Positions 13,703 through 27,281 of a stretch of DNA of 64,000 bases are shown here, one piece after another; the stretch's first letter is position 1; each line of letters begins with the position of its first letter. The stretch lies in the NCBI GenBank assembly GCA_965113315.1, contig OZ220379.1; one strand, given 5' to 3'. This DNA comes from Podarcis vaucheri. Its lineage: Eukaryota. The notes under the pieces are model-generated. The model ran no database searches. It worked only from the letters and a program-made list of their open reading frames with translations, and was not told where the DNA came from. The translations under genes and the position numbers were made by a program.

Positions 13703-16596
13703 GTTTAGAGAAACACAAACAGTGCTGTCATAAGCATGTTCATACAAACTATGTACCATGGAGATTATTCCCAGGTGAATGCACACTGGATTGTGGCGAA
13801 AGGTGCAATCATATGCACACTTAGTTGGCAGAAAATTCAGTGGGACTTAACTACTAAGGGGGGAAATGCACAGGTCTCCATGAAATACATTTCAGTCTCT
13901 CTTGTTCTTTTTTATTTACTAGAGGAAAGAATTTAGAATAGTAATCAAATATCTGCTGTTGGCAGTCAATGTCAGGTTTACATTTGTATTGGCGACTTAT
14001 ATAATGCAAAATCAATATAAGTCTCGTGTGTAGAAACGTCCTAGGATGTGATTACCTAAAAGGGGGATGAGTTGGAGAACATAAAATTCACGGCATCCTT
14101 GATGTTTTATCCCTCCTCTTTTCTTTAGTAATCACCTCCTAGGGTATTTTAAAAAAACACCACGTGTATTTCTTGAACCTGAACTCTTTTATTTAGGAAC
14201 ATAATACAGTTTGTTGCTCAGCTGGAATACATATTATTCTTCACTGGACTGAATCAAATGGGCCTTTTCAAAGTTCTACAAGGAAATGGCTGGGATTGAA
14301 TCTGGGATCCTTTGCAAAAGCAAATCACATGTTCTCCTACTGAGCGAGAGCACATACTGCTGTAAGAACATCTTCTCTAGCAATTAAATGTCCAAATTTA
14401 TTTAATGTTGGCTATTTCAACTGATGACTATGGCCACCTATGGGCTAGCATCAGCAAGTTTCCCCTTATCTTGACAGATGCTGATTGCATTGACCTTCCC
14501 ACCCACCAATATATTGTTACAAAAGTTGGGTGCCACCCCTGCTCTCTGCTGAAAGGTAGCAAGATTCCAGGCGGTTCCAGGCACTCAGCCAGGGTCTGTG
14601 CTCTTTTGGAGAATTGAAGGCGAGACGGAGACTTGTCATAGCTTTAAGAAATAGGATTTATTCACATCTTTGCACCTTCAGCCTGCATGGAGGGAGTCCC
14701 AGATCCTACAGCACGGCCATTTCAAGAAGGGCTTGTTCCCCACAGAAGTGCAACACTCAGTCTCTAAGGCATCTCTCCTGATTTCTGCTGTTTCTGACAA
14801 CTAAGCCTTCTTTATTCAGTTGCATTTTAATGGCCAGTCCTTTTGATGCTTTGCAGTACTAATAGTTAATCTCCCCAGGCCCTCACTGAAAAAAGGAGTT
14901 CCGGACTTCATCAACACTTGTTGATTGACTAGGATTAAAGACTGGTACACACTCAAGACATTGGCCTAGGTTAAGTAACTCTTCCCATGCTAATTGCTGA
15001 TCCTCAGAAGTAGGTCCAGACATTCCAATGCACATGGATCTTGTTAACATTCTCAAGGTCTGACACACAGTCTTCACACATCAACACAAATTAAACACCT
15101 CACACCCCTTGCATAACTCCCTTTCTAATACACATAGAGACTGTCTTATAACATATCCCAGTTATACAAGTTCTAATTGAATCCCAGTGTTTACTAAACC
15201 TAAACATTTAGCACAATATATCTATTATATCATTGTTCCATTTTTTAATGTTGTAACCTGCCCCTGGGAACTTAGGATGAAAGGTGGGTAGTGAATAATA
15301 ACAAAAATAAGAATAATTCTAGAATCTAAACCTTTTGAGGACTGAGTTTTCTTGCAATATTTGCTCAAAGGGTATAAGTTGTCTAAGAGCACTTACTGTT
15401 TTATAAGTAACAAACTTGATGTACATTCAGCCAATTTACCTGTATTCCTTGAAATGGACCCCAATTCTTATGTTCTTGTTCTTGGTTATGCAGCTGGCTA
15501 AAAATCTGACATTATCTATCTATACATGCAGACATAGCACTAAACCTTCTGCAGCGTGGAAAGTCCATTGCCTTTCCACTTGTTGTTTATAGCAGAGGAA
15601 TCGGGATTGGGTAACATTAGGAACTGCTTGCAATGAAGCACCCCATCTCTTCTCAGTGCCATCCCAGGACATATTGCTGCCTAGAATGGAGCCCAAATGG
15701 TACCCCCATTTCCTGGCTAGAGGCACTACTGTCAAAAGTGTCTTTGCATCTTTCAGATTTCAGCACCTGCCTTCATGCATCTTCCCTACCCCCAATGATT
15801 CTGCCTGAAGCAGGTTACTTGCTTCACATTCTGCAGCATAGCAGTGCTGGCCATGCCTGTTCTTGGGAGCTTGAAAAGGCCCTAAGCCACCACGCAAAAG
15901 AGCTGCCATCTGCAGTTTACTGATAAAGAATAAGTCAGCTGATAACAGTTTTTGTGACGTCTCTTTCACTGCTATACCTCTGGCCCTCTCAGTGGCTAAT
16001 AAAAATTCCCAGGGGGAAATAAGCTTCTAATTTGGATGTGCAAGCATTGCGTATTCTGTTACCCATTATTATCAACTCCAGACCCATGGCAAGATGATTT
16101 GCAACTGGAGACCATATATTGTTTAAGGCATGCAGCGGCTATCCATTCTACATCCTGTTTTAGTTAAGGCAACAATAAGGAAATGTTTCAACTCCCTTCC
16201 TGCTTAAAAGTTGAAACTTACAGAAGAACAAGTAGCTGTTAAGTACATTTGGCGGGAACCAAAACACACAATAAGGCATTACTTTTATCAGGGTCAACTG
16301 AACTGCCACAAAATAGTGAGCAAGTTTTCAAGTTCTCCAGAGCCCTTCATCAGGTAGAATGTTAAAAAGCAAGGAGTTAGGAGGGGTGCAGTTAATCTGA
16401 AGCCTGCAGTTTATAAGCATATTGAACTGGAATACAGATCTTTTGCAGTCATAACAGGATTTGCCTCTTAAGGTGAATTGTAGAGTGTAAGGATATCCTG
16501 GACTACTGGGACAAAAAATAAAATAAAATTGATCTTCTGTTTTTTAGAGCCTAAAAGATAGTGGCTATTTGGTTCTGGAAGTGCAGAATTATATTA

Positions 16597-16822
16597 CAGT
16601 GGTACCTCAGGTTACATACGCTTCAGGTTACAGACTCCGCTAACCCAGAAATAGTGCTTCAGGTTAAGAACTTTGCTTCAGGATGAGAACAGAAATCATG
16701 CTCTCGCGGCGCAGCGGCAGCAGGAGGCCCCATTAGCTAAAGTAGTGCTTCAGGTTAAGAACAGTTTCAGGTTAAGAACGGACCTCCGGAACGAATTAAG
16801 TACTTAACGCGAGGTACCACTG
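16597..16822 (+). mobile_element. CAGTGGTACCTC MITE
   Basis: TIRs with TA flanks. Confidence 0.85.
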
Positions 16823-17589
16823 TAGTAAGTTGTATGAATGGATCACATGGGTGAATCATTCTTTGAGACATTATACGGGCACATCACACTCAATTTTAAA
16901 TGGCAGGAAAGAACTGTATGCCAGTACACTGTCCCAAATTTTGTCAATGCAGGATTTGGTATAAACTGTACTAGTTGATCACAAGATATAGCTTGGGGAA
17001 CAAGCTGGTGTGACTGCATAGTCAGTAACTGTTCCCGCCATTCGCTCCTGTTTCTGTTCATTGTCTTAGTCTGAACCACTTCAGATTTCTTTTGCCTTAA
17101 GAAACAGATGTATTTGTATTTTTGCATCAAAGCACGAACTAGGTAAAGATTTGTTCTCTGGGTTCTTTGCACAAAGAAATCTTCTTCTTCTTTTTTTTTA
17201 CAGAACGTCAGTCACTCAGTTCTAACCCCAATATACGAGGAAGACAGGATGGGAAAGATAGATTGACCAAATGTTTGATTAAGGGCTTAACCACATTTCC
17301 TAGAAAGCATGGGCCTGAGTGGTTCTGCCTTTGTCCCGCTGCCTTCCCCTGGAAAACCCACTCTTTAGCAATAAATCAGAATAAGCATTAATCTGCAGGA
17401 AACCTTATTGTGTTTGCTCCAATTCACTGCTAAACCATGGGTTTTCCTGGAGGAAAGCAGGGATGTCATTGAGCCACACATCATTGCCAATGACATCAGA
17501 TAGGTGACCTGAACATAAGTGCTGATTGGATGCCACATCACCCTTCCACCTATAGTCTCTCTTTTGCACCCAATTGTGTGGTCAACCTT

Positions 17590-18490
17590 CTACCTCACCT
17601 TGTTGATTTTTGAGGGAGCTGGGATATCCCACCACTGACAACTCTCCAATAGTTTGTACCAGCTGATGGTCATTTGGGGGTAAAATCCATTAAGAGAGCC
17701 CAGTTCTGCAATGATGGCCCAGATGAGGTCTATGCCCTTCCTAGGACCAAGGTCATTCTCACCTTTCTGGATGACTAAGAGATCAGGCGGACTGGATGCC
17801 TTGATTTTGGATGGCAAGAGTGGCATCAGCTGCTCCCCTCGCATACCCCTGCAGCTGAACCATGTAATCTGGACATCTGATGGCAAACTGAGTCCATGGC
17901 CTCGGAAGGTGGATGCCCAATGAACAATGGCCGCCTATCCAAATTCTTTTGGCCGCCATACCTGAAAGTGAAGAAGTCAACAGGACATACTGAGTAACAG
18001 AAGGGAAGTGTGAATGTATTGCCTGTTGGATGCAGAGAGCCACCTGCCCAAAGCGTTAATTTCATCCCCTGGCAATTTGTGAGTGGATGCTATTGTTGCA
18101 GCACTGATTCTGAAGGAGTGGGGGGCAAAGTTGGCAGGTGGGAGGCTGCAAGCTGCTATGGCTTTACTGAGGATCCGAGAGACTTGGTGCCCGGCCAGTA
18201 GGGCCATTGTCAAATTCTCTCTTTACCATCCTCACTTTCTCCGGACTGGCCATTTCTCCTTCCTGCCATGATTACATGATGACTCGATGCTCTGTCTGTC
18301 ACAAACGGATGCACAATATTCACGAATATTTTGCTGAATATGGATGCCCGTCAAAGCAATGGGTTACACTGATATGGACCAATATATGCTGCACGTTTGC
18401 AAGGAATATCGGTAGTAGGTGGACTGGATTGCAGCAGGTGTAAACAAGCCCTTACACCTACATTAGTTCGTCAGGCTTGCCAGAAGAAAT
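17590..18490 (-). mobile_element. DIRS/Ngaro-type tyrosine-recombinase retrotransposon remnant (YR C-terminus plus SGNH-hydrolase-like ORF)
   Basis: HSFRISAAT...LGRWLS..QYI recombinase motif, followed by RIWIGGH...RGMR.EQL..PPDLLVIQKGENDLG. Boundaries approximate. Confidence 0.78.
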
Positions 18491-18669
18491 AACATTAGCA
18501 GGAACATGAAAGATCCTACAAAAGGGAAGGGCAGGGGCATGCAGATTGTTTTTCTTTTCCAAAATGTGTGTTACTCAAGGGCAGCCATTGCCGCAGTAAC
18601 CAAAACAAACAAACAAACAGCCGTTCAAAAACTATATAGCTACAAGACACCTAACTTTAGTCATAATTA

Positions 18670-19034
18670 CCGTATTTTTTGCACCATAACACTCACTTTT
18701 TCCTCCTAGAAAGTAAGGGGAAATGTCTGTGCGTGTTATGGAGCGAATGCCTGCGGGTGGCGGGGGGGATTTGCTGCAGTCGTGAGCAGAGGATCCATAG
18801 TTCCCCTTCCTTCCCTCCTCCGTGGTTACAAAGCATGGATCCACATGGATCCTCAGGATTTTTGCATTGGGCTACTCCAAACTCACTGTCAGATCACATG
18901 TCTGTGGCCACAGCATGAACCACAAAAATCATATATCCACTATTTCGTTTAGAATATTTTTTTTTCTTGTTTTCCTCCTCTAAAAACTACGTGCGTGTTA
19001 TGGTCTGGTGCGTGTTATAGAGCGAAAAATACGG
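18670..19034. mobile_element. Mariner/Tc2-type MITE (CCGTATTTTT TIR)
   Basis: TA|CCGTATTTTTTGCACCATAAC ... GTTATAGAGCGAAAAATACGG|TA. Confidence 0.78.
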
Positions 19035-20062
19035 TAAGTGCACTTGGAAATAATAAAACTTAAGGTTACTTGCAACTAACTTGTTTCGTGGGACCCAGTG
19101 ATGGAGGCAAATGCTGGGAGGTTGATTTTTCAGAAGCATTCTAGCAGCAATAGCTCCTGACTAGAAGTGTGTGAAAATAGTTCCTAGGTTGTGTTGCTCT
19201 GAGGGTGGCTTCTGCGTTGATCATTTAATTTAATATTTTACCTTTCATATATAAATCAGTCTTCCCAACCTGATGCCATCCAGATGTTTTGGGCTACAAT
19301 TCTCAGCTGCCGCTGTTAACATTTATATATGTAAAAAAAAATGTATTCTTTTTGCTTTTTTACAGGCATTTCTGTTTTGTCTCAAGCTTCAAGAATCCCT
19401 GCTTTATCTCGAAGATCAGCCCACATAATTTGTCAGTTTACCTCTTCAGAGGGCTTGAGTTCCAAATCCACATAAATGTTGCTGAAGCTCTTCTGCTTTT
19501 TTCCTTTTTTATTAGTGGGGAAAAAAAATCTATTCAAACAGTGAATATATTATCAGTTTTAAGTTGTCCTTTGACTAGTTTTCCTTTCTGTGTTAGGTTT
19601 TTTTGCCATTGCCAAAATACACAATTTTGAATGCTATTGTCAACTGTTGTTCCTTTAAAATCTTTCCAAAGTCTTGATACGATTAAGCTTGCTGTTGTCA
19701 ACATATGATTAATTATTTAATTTGGATATCGTAAGTATTTATCAAACTGGTGATAATTAATACATTTTGTGAAGTAATTTTCTTTCTTGAAACACCTTTT
19801 CCTCAAAATAAATAAACATTTGGACACAGCCATCATATGTGGTAACAGGTACCTCTGTAATACCCACACATCCAAAAATAAGTTATTTATATAGGAAAAC
19901 TCCTGCATTATACCACCTGTGGATGCATTTTAAATATTGTTTTTCATGTAGGTAAATACATTTCAAATATTTATCGTCCTAGATTGTTTTCTAGTCTTTT
20001 CTGCTAATTTCAGTTTCTAGATCCAAGTTCCCTTTTTTAGACTTTCCAGTGTACCTGTGTCT

Positions 20063-20421
20063 GGTAAAGGTAAAGGTACCCCTGCCGGTACGGGCCAGTC
20101 TTGACAGACTCTAGGGTTGTGCGCTCATCTCACTCTAGAGGCCGGGAGCCAGCGCTGTCCGCAGACACTTCTGGGTCACGTGGCCAGTGTGACAAGCTGC
20201 ATCTGGCGAGCCAGCGCAGCACACGGAACGCCGTTTACCTTCCCGCTGGTAAGCGGTCCCTATTTATCTACTTGCACCCGGGGGTGCTTTCGAACTGCTA
20301 GGTTGGCAGGCGCTGGGACCGAACGATGGGAGCGCACCCCGCCGCGGGGGTTCGAACCGCCGACCTTTCGATCGGCAAGTCCTAGGCGCTGAGGTTTTAA
20401 CCCACAGCGCCACCCGCGTCC
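20063..20421 (-). mobile_element. Sauria SINE (CpG-rich, probably young)
   Basis: tRNA-like head GGACGCGGGTGGCGCTGTGGGTTAAA...GGTTCGAA and (ACCTTT)n tail. Confidence 0.85.
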
Positions 20422-21203
20422 TTCCTGGTATCTATGTTTAAATATTTGCCTTTCTTCCAGTGCAGTAAGTTGAGTTGCTTATCAACTTGCTCAATTATGT
20501 ATACACTTGTCTTACATAAAAACCATGAGTGATATTCAGTGTTACAGTAAATCCATTGAAATAAATAAATTTGAGTCACACAATTCAATTGACTTCAACA
20601 GATCTATTCTTAGTATGATTAACATTAGATATCACCCAATTTGTTTGTGTCTCTTGCAACTTTTATCTAATTTCATGTATTGTAAATGGACTTGAATTAC
20701 ACACAAGCTGCTCTTGTTGTTGTCATCTGTTGCATTCATTTATTTCTGTATATGAAAAGATGTCTCAAAGTGACTAGAAAACAGTTAAAAAGCAATTAAA
20801 AAGCAAATAGCAAAGAAAACAAGACACAATAAGTAATAATAATAATAATAAAATAATTAAAGTGCTCATCCAGCAATACTATAAAAAGTACAAATCCTAT
20901 TCCATCCCACTAAAAGTGAGCACTACAGTAAAGGTCCAAATTATTCCAAGATATGATCCAAACTTATAATCAAAAACCTAGACAAACAACATCTTAAGGT
21001 CTAGCACTGAAAAGCTGGCAAGAGCATTCCACAAATGGGGAACCACAACTGAAAAAATCCTGTTTTTGTGTTGCCACCCTCCTCACTTCCCTCGTTGAGA
21101 AGGGCCTCTGATAAAGACTGTGGGGTCTAGGCTGCTTCATGTAAGGAGAGCTGTTCCTTGAGGTCCTTATCATAAATATGAAAACCTCAGTTGTGGAAAG
21201 GTA

Positions 21204-21429
21204 CAGTGGTACCTCGGGTTAAGTACTTAATTCGTTCCGGAGGTCCGTTCTTAACCTGAAACTGTTCTTAACCTGAAGCACCACTTTTGCTAATGGGGCC
21301 TCCTGCTGCTGCTGCACCGCCGGAGCACGATTTCTGTTCTCATCCTGAAGCAAATTTCTTAACCTGAAGCACTATTTCTGGGTTAGCGGAGTCTGTAACC
21401 TGAAGCGTATGTAACCTGAGGTACCACTG
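21204..21429 (-). mobile_element. CAGTGGTACCTC MITE
   Basis: TIRs with TA flanks. Confidence 0.85.
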
Positions 21430-21493
21430 TAATTGAGGGAGGAGAGTGGAGGAGAGTAGAAGTGAATGGGAGCATAAATAACCTTTCTCCACT

Positions 21494-21815
21494 CAGGGGC
21501 GGAGGAAGGTGGGTGCGGTAGGTGCAGGCCGCCCCGGGTGTCACCACTGGGGGGGGGTGACACAATGCCGGGCAGCACTCACCGCGGGGCCTGTAGCACG
21601 CGTCTCTCCTGGGAGAGATTTGGCAGCTTGTGCACGCGCAGGCTCTACGCTACACAAACGGTCCGTTCGCTGCCTCTCCCCCGGCTGTAGAGCGGCTGAG
21701 TGGGAGGAGGCAGGCAGACTCTGGAGGCCCCGCGGTGTGCTCCGCCCCCATGGGTGTTTTGCCCCACCCCTGGGTGCACCAGCCCCAGGTGCCCAAACAG
21801 CTTCCTCTGCCACTG
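21494..21815. mobile_element. hAT-type MITE
   Basis: CAGGGGCGGAGGAAG...CTTCCTCTGCCACTG TIR; 8-bp TSD (T/C)CTCCACT. Confidence 0.75.
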
Positions 21816-22235
21816 CCTCCACTTGCTATTTTTTCACTGCTATGTCTTCAACGTTCTACAGGTTTGCCACGAAATATCTGGTTTGGGTCTAAGCCCTCAT
21901 AAGGCTTCATCCAGAAGACATCAGATGTACACACCCTCCAACATTTCTCCAATGATTGCCTTCAGATGGCTTGGAGGTCAGCTAACTCCAATGAAAGTAG
22001 GGACATCCTAAGTTCAAGTGGGACATTCTGGGATCAAACCAGAAATCGGGACGGCCTTCTCTAAATCAGGGATGCCGCTGGAAAATAGGGGCACTTGGAG
22101 GGTCTGAGATGAGTGTTACTCTCTCTTATCTTTTGCTCTCTCTTATCTTAGCTGCTCACCTCTTCTGAATTGGTTGCCAGCAGTACTGACTTTGAGACAA
22201 ATTCACTATCGCATTTGCTATCCCTAGCAAGGGAA

Positions 22236-22420
22236 GGAGCCATAGCTCAGTGGTAGACCATGCACCTTGCATGCAAAAGTCCCTAAGTTCAATTCCTGAC
22301 ATCTCCAGGGAGAGAATTCTGTCTGAAACCCTGGAGAGCTGATGGCAGTCAGTATCATCTGCACTGAGTTAGTCGGACCAATGGTCTGACTCAATATAAG
22401 GAAGCTTCCTGTGTTCCTAA
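22236..22420 (+). mobile_element. Older tRNA-derived SINE (related copies ~8066-8292 and ~57328-57482)
   Basis: CATAGCTCAGTGGTAGA...TTGCATGC...GTTCAATTCC tRNA-like head with a non-tRNA body. Confidence 0.6.
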
Positions 22421-23359
22421 CACCACAATGGTTGTTAACCTTTAAAAAAACAACAATCAGGAAAATAATTCTGGCCTGCATACTGTTTTCACTTGCAGTT
22501 TTCTCAGTAAGTGATATGATCCATGCTCATCTCTATTTTTAGCAGTCTATGCTAGGGGTGTGTACTGGCTGCAAGATTCAACTTGCTTTGGGAAACGGCC
22601 TAGTTTGTTTCTTAGCTGCTCTGTGTCCAATTCAGTTTGTTAATAGGAACTAACTGCATTAGAGCTGGGGGGGGGGGGGAGGAACCCGAGGCAAAGTGTG
22701 TATTTCATTTTCTACCAGAATTTGATGCAATTTGCAGTCATTGTCACCCTTTCTGGGGGAATGTTCATGCATATCAAATTTCAGAATGATGGATGCAGTG
22801 GTTCTCCCCCTAGGGAAGATCATTTGGGGGTGAGGAAATGTCACCCCCCCAACAAGAACTCTGCTACCCCCAAATCGTTGGTGAGAGTGTGCTTCTCTCA
22901 CTCACCCCCCTCCCAAACATATTTTTGGGGTATACAGCCTGGGAGAGAGAGCTCTCTCTTTTGATTTGCATAGCAGGAGAAAGTGGTAGAAAAATTGCAT
23001 AAATCCACAGGAAAGGCAGGTGGGAAAAATATAGTTCCATTGACTTGTACAGGAGAAGGCACAGATCCACAGAAAAACATAGTTGTTAAGCCCTGGACCT
23101 GTCATGTTTTTAGGCTAGACCTGATCATCAAAACAAAAGATGCCCCCTGTCTCGCGATTCCCTTCCTCTTGAGCTCTGGCCATCTTGGTCTTGTTTCTCA
23201 GGCTTCACAAGAATATTTGCATATTGAAAATCTTGAAAAACCTATCCTGCACATAGAACAGTAGTCCGTCAGGGAGGAGAGTCCAGTCTGACCTCCCTCA
23301 GTGTGTTATTCTTCTTTATTCAGGGAGTATTCCCCCCCCCCAGGTATTCAAATAGACCA

Positions 23360-23638
23360 CAGTGGTGCCTCACAAGACGAAATTAATCCGTTCTGCGAGT
23401 CTCTTCGTCTTGCGGGTTTTTCATCTTGAGAAGCACGGCTATTAGCGGCTTAGCGGCTATTAGCGGCTTAGCGGCTTTAAGAAAAAGCAAACAAACTCGC
23501 AAGAACTCGCAAGACGTTTCGTCTTGCGAAGCAAGCCCATAGGGAAATTCGTCTTGCGAAGCGACTCAAAAAACGCAAAACCCTTTCGTCTAGTGAGTTT
23601 TTCGTCTTGCGAGGCATTCGTCTTGCGGGGTACCACTG
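23360..23638. mobile_element. Related Tigger-type MITE with internal ttcgtcttgcga and tagcggct repeats
   Basis: CAGTGGTGCCTC...GGGGTACCACTG termini. Confidence 0.75.
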
Positions 23639-24572
23639 CACTTCTCCAGAGATGCTGTTTTTGTGAACTGGCCTGTATTTTAGGGACTCTGAGGGAAAAC
23701 ACAAGGATCTAATGAGGCAAAAAGAGAACGACATCTGAGTTTCAACCTATCTGCCTAAAAAAGAATAATGTTGTAGGAAGAGTGCTTAATATAAAAACTG
23801 AGGCCTAGTTTCACTGAGGTGGTGAATTTCCATCCAGGCCGTACAATTTCGTGGTGCAGGGTTTGCATAATTGAATAGCCCTCCATTAAAAAATAATAAT
23901 CCAAAACCAAACTCCTTTCTCTGTCAGAAGATCAGATTCCATCTAGTTTTCTATGTACAGTAGTGTGATTTTTGTATGTGGAAAAGCATTCAACCCTAAG
24001 AGTTTCCAGCTGCCCTCTGAAGTGGTATTGCCAAGACAGTTTTACTGCTTCAGTGACAGCTACAAATGCCTGACTTAACCAATTTCCCCTGTGCTATCCT
24101 GCAAAGCTGCCTCAAGCTGCCATAGCTAAAAACAAAAACAGCAGCCTTTCTGAAAGTTATGCTCAGCATAGCAGACAACTGCCTGTATTTAATAGTAATC
24201 CTTATCTCGTAACCATAAAAGCCCAAGTTTCCATGTGCACTTTGAGGATAAGCACGTACTGAGAGGTTGGGAGGTGTGACCTACAACTTCTGCAGAAAAC
24301 AGTTAAATATAATCCTGTGCTTATTTGCTTCCGTGGAAGAGGTTTCTGTAAGAGATGCTGCATTTGCCAGACCATCCAAGCTCAAGGGGAAAGAGTATAC
24401 AACTTGACGCCTTCCTCAGGTTCAGGACTCCCAGAAGCCTTCAGTGTACTTATTGGTTCCAGCAACAGGTCTTATGAGACTCTTTCCATTGCAAATAAGT
24501 GGATTCACCCACACCAGGAAAACAAAACCCGCTCATAATGCTTTCAAAATGATCTTCAGAGAAGGAAAAGTA

Positions 24573-24817
24573 GAGTGGTACCTCGGGTTAAGAACTTAAT
24601 CCGTTCTTAACCTGAAACGGTTGTTAACCTGAAGCACCACTTTAGCTAATGGGGCCTCCTGCTGCTGCCGTGCCGCTGGAGCACAATTTCTGTTCTCATC
24701 CTGAAGCAAAGTTCTTAACCCGAGGTACTATTTCTGCATTAGCAGAGTCTGTAACCTGAAGCGTCTGTAACCTGAAGCATCTGTAACCTGAAGCGTCTGT
24801 AACCCGAGGTACCACTG
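24573..24817 (-). mobile_element. CAGTGGTACCTC MITE
   Basis: TIRs with TA flanks; three copies of the internal 17-bp unit. Confidence 0.82.
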
Positions 24818-24923
24818 TACAAAGAGAGGCTACCCAAATGCTGTATTTAATATTGTTTTTGGAAAGTATGCATACCCTTGAACATTTCTCCGATGGAAAT
24901 AGGGACATCCTATTCATCCTATG

Positions 24924-25283
24924 GAGCTGGAGAAGACTCTTGAGAGTCCCATGGACTGCAAGAAGATCAAACCTCTCCATTCTGTAGGAAATCAGCCCTG
25001 AGTGCTCACTGGAAGGACAGATCGTGAAGCTGAGGCTCCAATACTTTGGCCACCTCATGAGAAGAGAAGATTCCCTGGAAAAGACCCTGATGGTGGGAAA
25101 GATGGAGGGCACAAGGAGAAGGGGACAACAGAGGATGAGGTGGTTGGATAGTGTTCTTGAAGCTACCAGCATGAGTTTGACCAAACTGCGGGAGGCGGTG
25201 GAAGACAGGAGTGCCTGGCATGCTCTGGTCCAGGGGTCACGAAGAGTCGGACACAACTAAATGACTAAACAACAACAACAACA
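24924..25283 (+). mobile_element. RTE-BovB LINE 3' fragment
   Basis: Same RT C-terminal peptide; (AAC)n tail. Confidence 0.88.
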
Positions 25284-26370
25284 AGTTCAATCATCATCAT
25301 TGTCTTTATTCCCCGCCCATCTAACTGGGTTGTCCCAGCCACTCTGGGCGTCTTCCAACATATATAAAAACATAATAAAACGTTAAATGTTAAAGGTCTG
25401 CCTTTGGATGTCTTCTAAAGGTTAAATAGCTACTTTATCTCCTTGGCTCTGGGATTGCATAACTCCATACATGAGCCAGGATTTTTGTTAGGAGAGCAGA
25501 ACAGTTTGCTATGTATTTTTATTGATTTTTATAGATTTAGCTGCCCCTCCCTGCCCCCCCCGGCTACGCCCATGACTCCATACCCTCATTTCTTCAATGA
25601 AAATAGGGACATCCTAAGGAAAAGTGGGACATTCTGGGATCAAATCAGAAACCAGGGCAGCTTCTGTAAATCCGGAAAACCGGGACACTTGGAAGGTCTG
25701 GGTGATTGCATTTAGCTTATTACCCCTGCTTCTAGGGGGAGTGGAGGAGAAAAAGAAGGATCAATGGAATTCACACCTCCCATTTATTCCTACTTTGATT
25801 ATTAAAAGAGGCCTGAGGGCCCCATTGTAGCAGGTTGAAACAAGCAGCGTGCAGCAGCCCGTATATCAGACCAAAGCAGGCGCATGAAGCTGCGGCAAGA
25901 TGGGCAGGACTCAAGAGGCAGCAGAAGGATAGCACGAGCCACGGGCTGCCAAGGTATGAACGTCAAATGTTTGTGACCCACAAGATAATTGTGCACGGGA
26001 AGGAGAGGGGCAGGCAAAGGCTGCATGCAGTATTGAATCCATCCTGAGACAATGGAGTTATGCTGCAGGAAGAAGAAGGAAATGGTGGGCAGGGGGAAAA
26101 AAGTGGCTATGACCTGCTGTATGTTCCAGGAGGAAAGGGTGCTATAAGGGGAGGGTTGGAAGAAGCTTCCAAGTTCTGCTTTCTTGAAAGATGTTATTTT
26201 GACCAACCCTCTCTGCCTCTCCTCCTCCTTTGTGCCTCCAGCTAGGGAAGGGAAGGAAGGCTTTGTCTCTGATCTGGAATGATATTCTTTGCAAGCCCTT
26301 GAGGGGAAGGTGGAAGGAAGGAAGAAATCTTCAGGAGCACACATTTCGCTAGAGACTCTGCAGTGAAATC

Positions 26371-26388
26371 ATGAGGACTCCACAGCAG
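26371..26388 (+). CDS. KEL: Candidate KEL start-codon exon (MRTPQQ)
   Basis: ATG has A at -3 (gaaatcATG) and is followed by a phase-0 donor CAG|gtagta, compatible with the phase-0 acceptor at 28853. No homology support. Confidence 0.45.
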
Positions 26389-26815
26389 GTAGTACAAAAG
26401 CCAGCTTTCCTCTCTTTCTGTGCTTTTATTATTTTTACCCAATTGCGTTTCCTCTTCTGTTTGCTTATCTTCCCGGCTGGTACATGTCTACGTGCTCCAA
26501 AATAACTTGGGTCAGGGGTTACAACGGCTTTTCCTAGACTTCTGACATTAAGATTTTACGTTGCGAGTTTTGGAATGCAGAATTTGAAATTTCAAAACAG
26601 TATTTGTTTCCAGCATCCCGATCCACAGGTCAATAATGAATTTTGTGAGTTTTCAATGCCAGGCCCACCTTTTTAGGGCAGATTAATTAATGATTAAGAT
26701 GGTAGTGCATTTGAGCATGTACAGAATACCGTTCCACCCCCCTGGGTCATCTACAGCCATACTAGGCCAGAGGTCTCTCTTTTTAGAAATTAAGCAATGG
26801 GTATTCTTAGAATAT

Positions 26816-27172
26816 GGGATGCGGGTGGCGCTGTGGGTTAAACCACAGAGCTTAGGACTTGCCGATCAGAAGGTCAGCGGTTCGAATCCCTGTGACGGGG
26901 TGAGCTCCTGTTGCTCGGTCCCTGCTCCTGCTAACCTAGCAGTTCGAAAGCACGACAAAGTGCAAGTAGATAAATAGGTACCACTCCAGCAGGAAGGTAA
27001 ACGGCGTTTCCGTGTGCTGCTCTGGTTCGCCAGAAGCGGTTTAGTCATGCTGGCCACATGACCCGGAAGCTGTACGCCGGCTCCCTTGGCCAATAAAGCG
27101 AGATGAGCGCAGCAACCCCAGAGTCGGCCACGACCGGGCCTATTGTTCAGGGGTCCCTTTACCTTTACCTTT
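26816..27172 (+). mobile_element. Sauria SINE
   Basis: Full head with A/B boxes and TTTACC tail. Confidence 0.88.
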
Positions 27173-27281
27173 TATTCTTATAATAGTTTTGCTCCAAGAG
27201 ATATATGAATACAATGTTTTCTTTACTTTTTTAAAAAGTTGCCATTTTTTGTTGATGCACCTGTGCAGTCATTATAGAGTA

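Noticed and set aside
22240-22310. tRNA-like sequences (also ~8066, ~57328 and the SINE heads)
   Set aside because: Degenerate stems continue into repeat bodies, so these are SINE heads rather than tRNA genes.
25802-26344. 180-aa - strand ORF near the putative KEL promoter
   Set aside because: No domain or splice support; the composition fits the antisense of a purine-rich non-coding tract.
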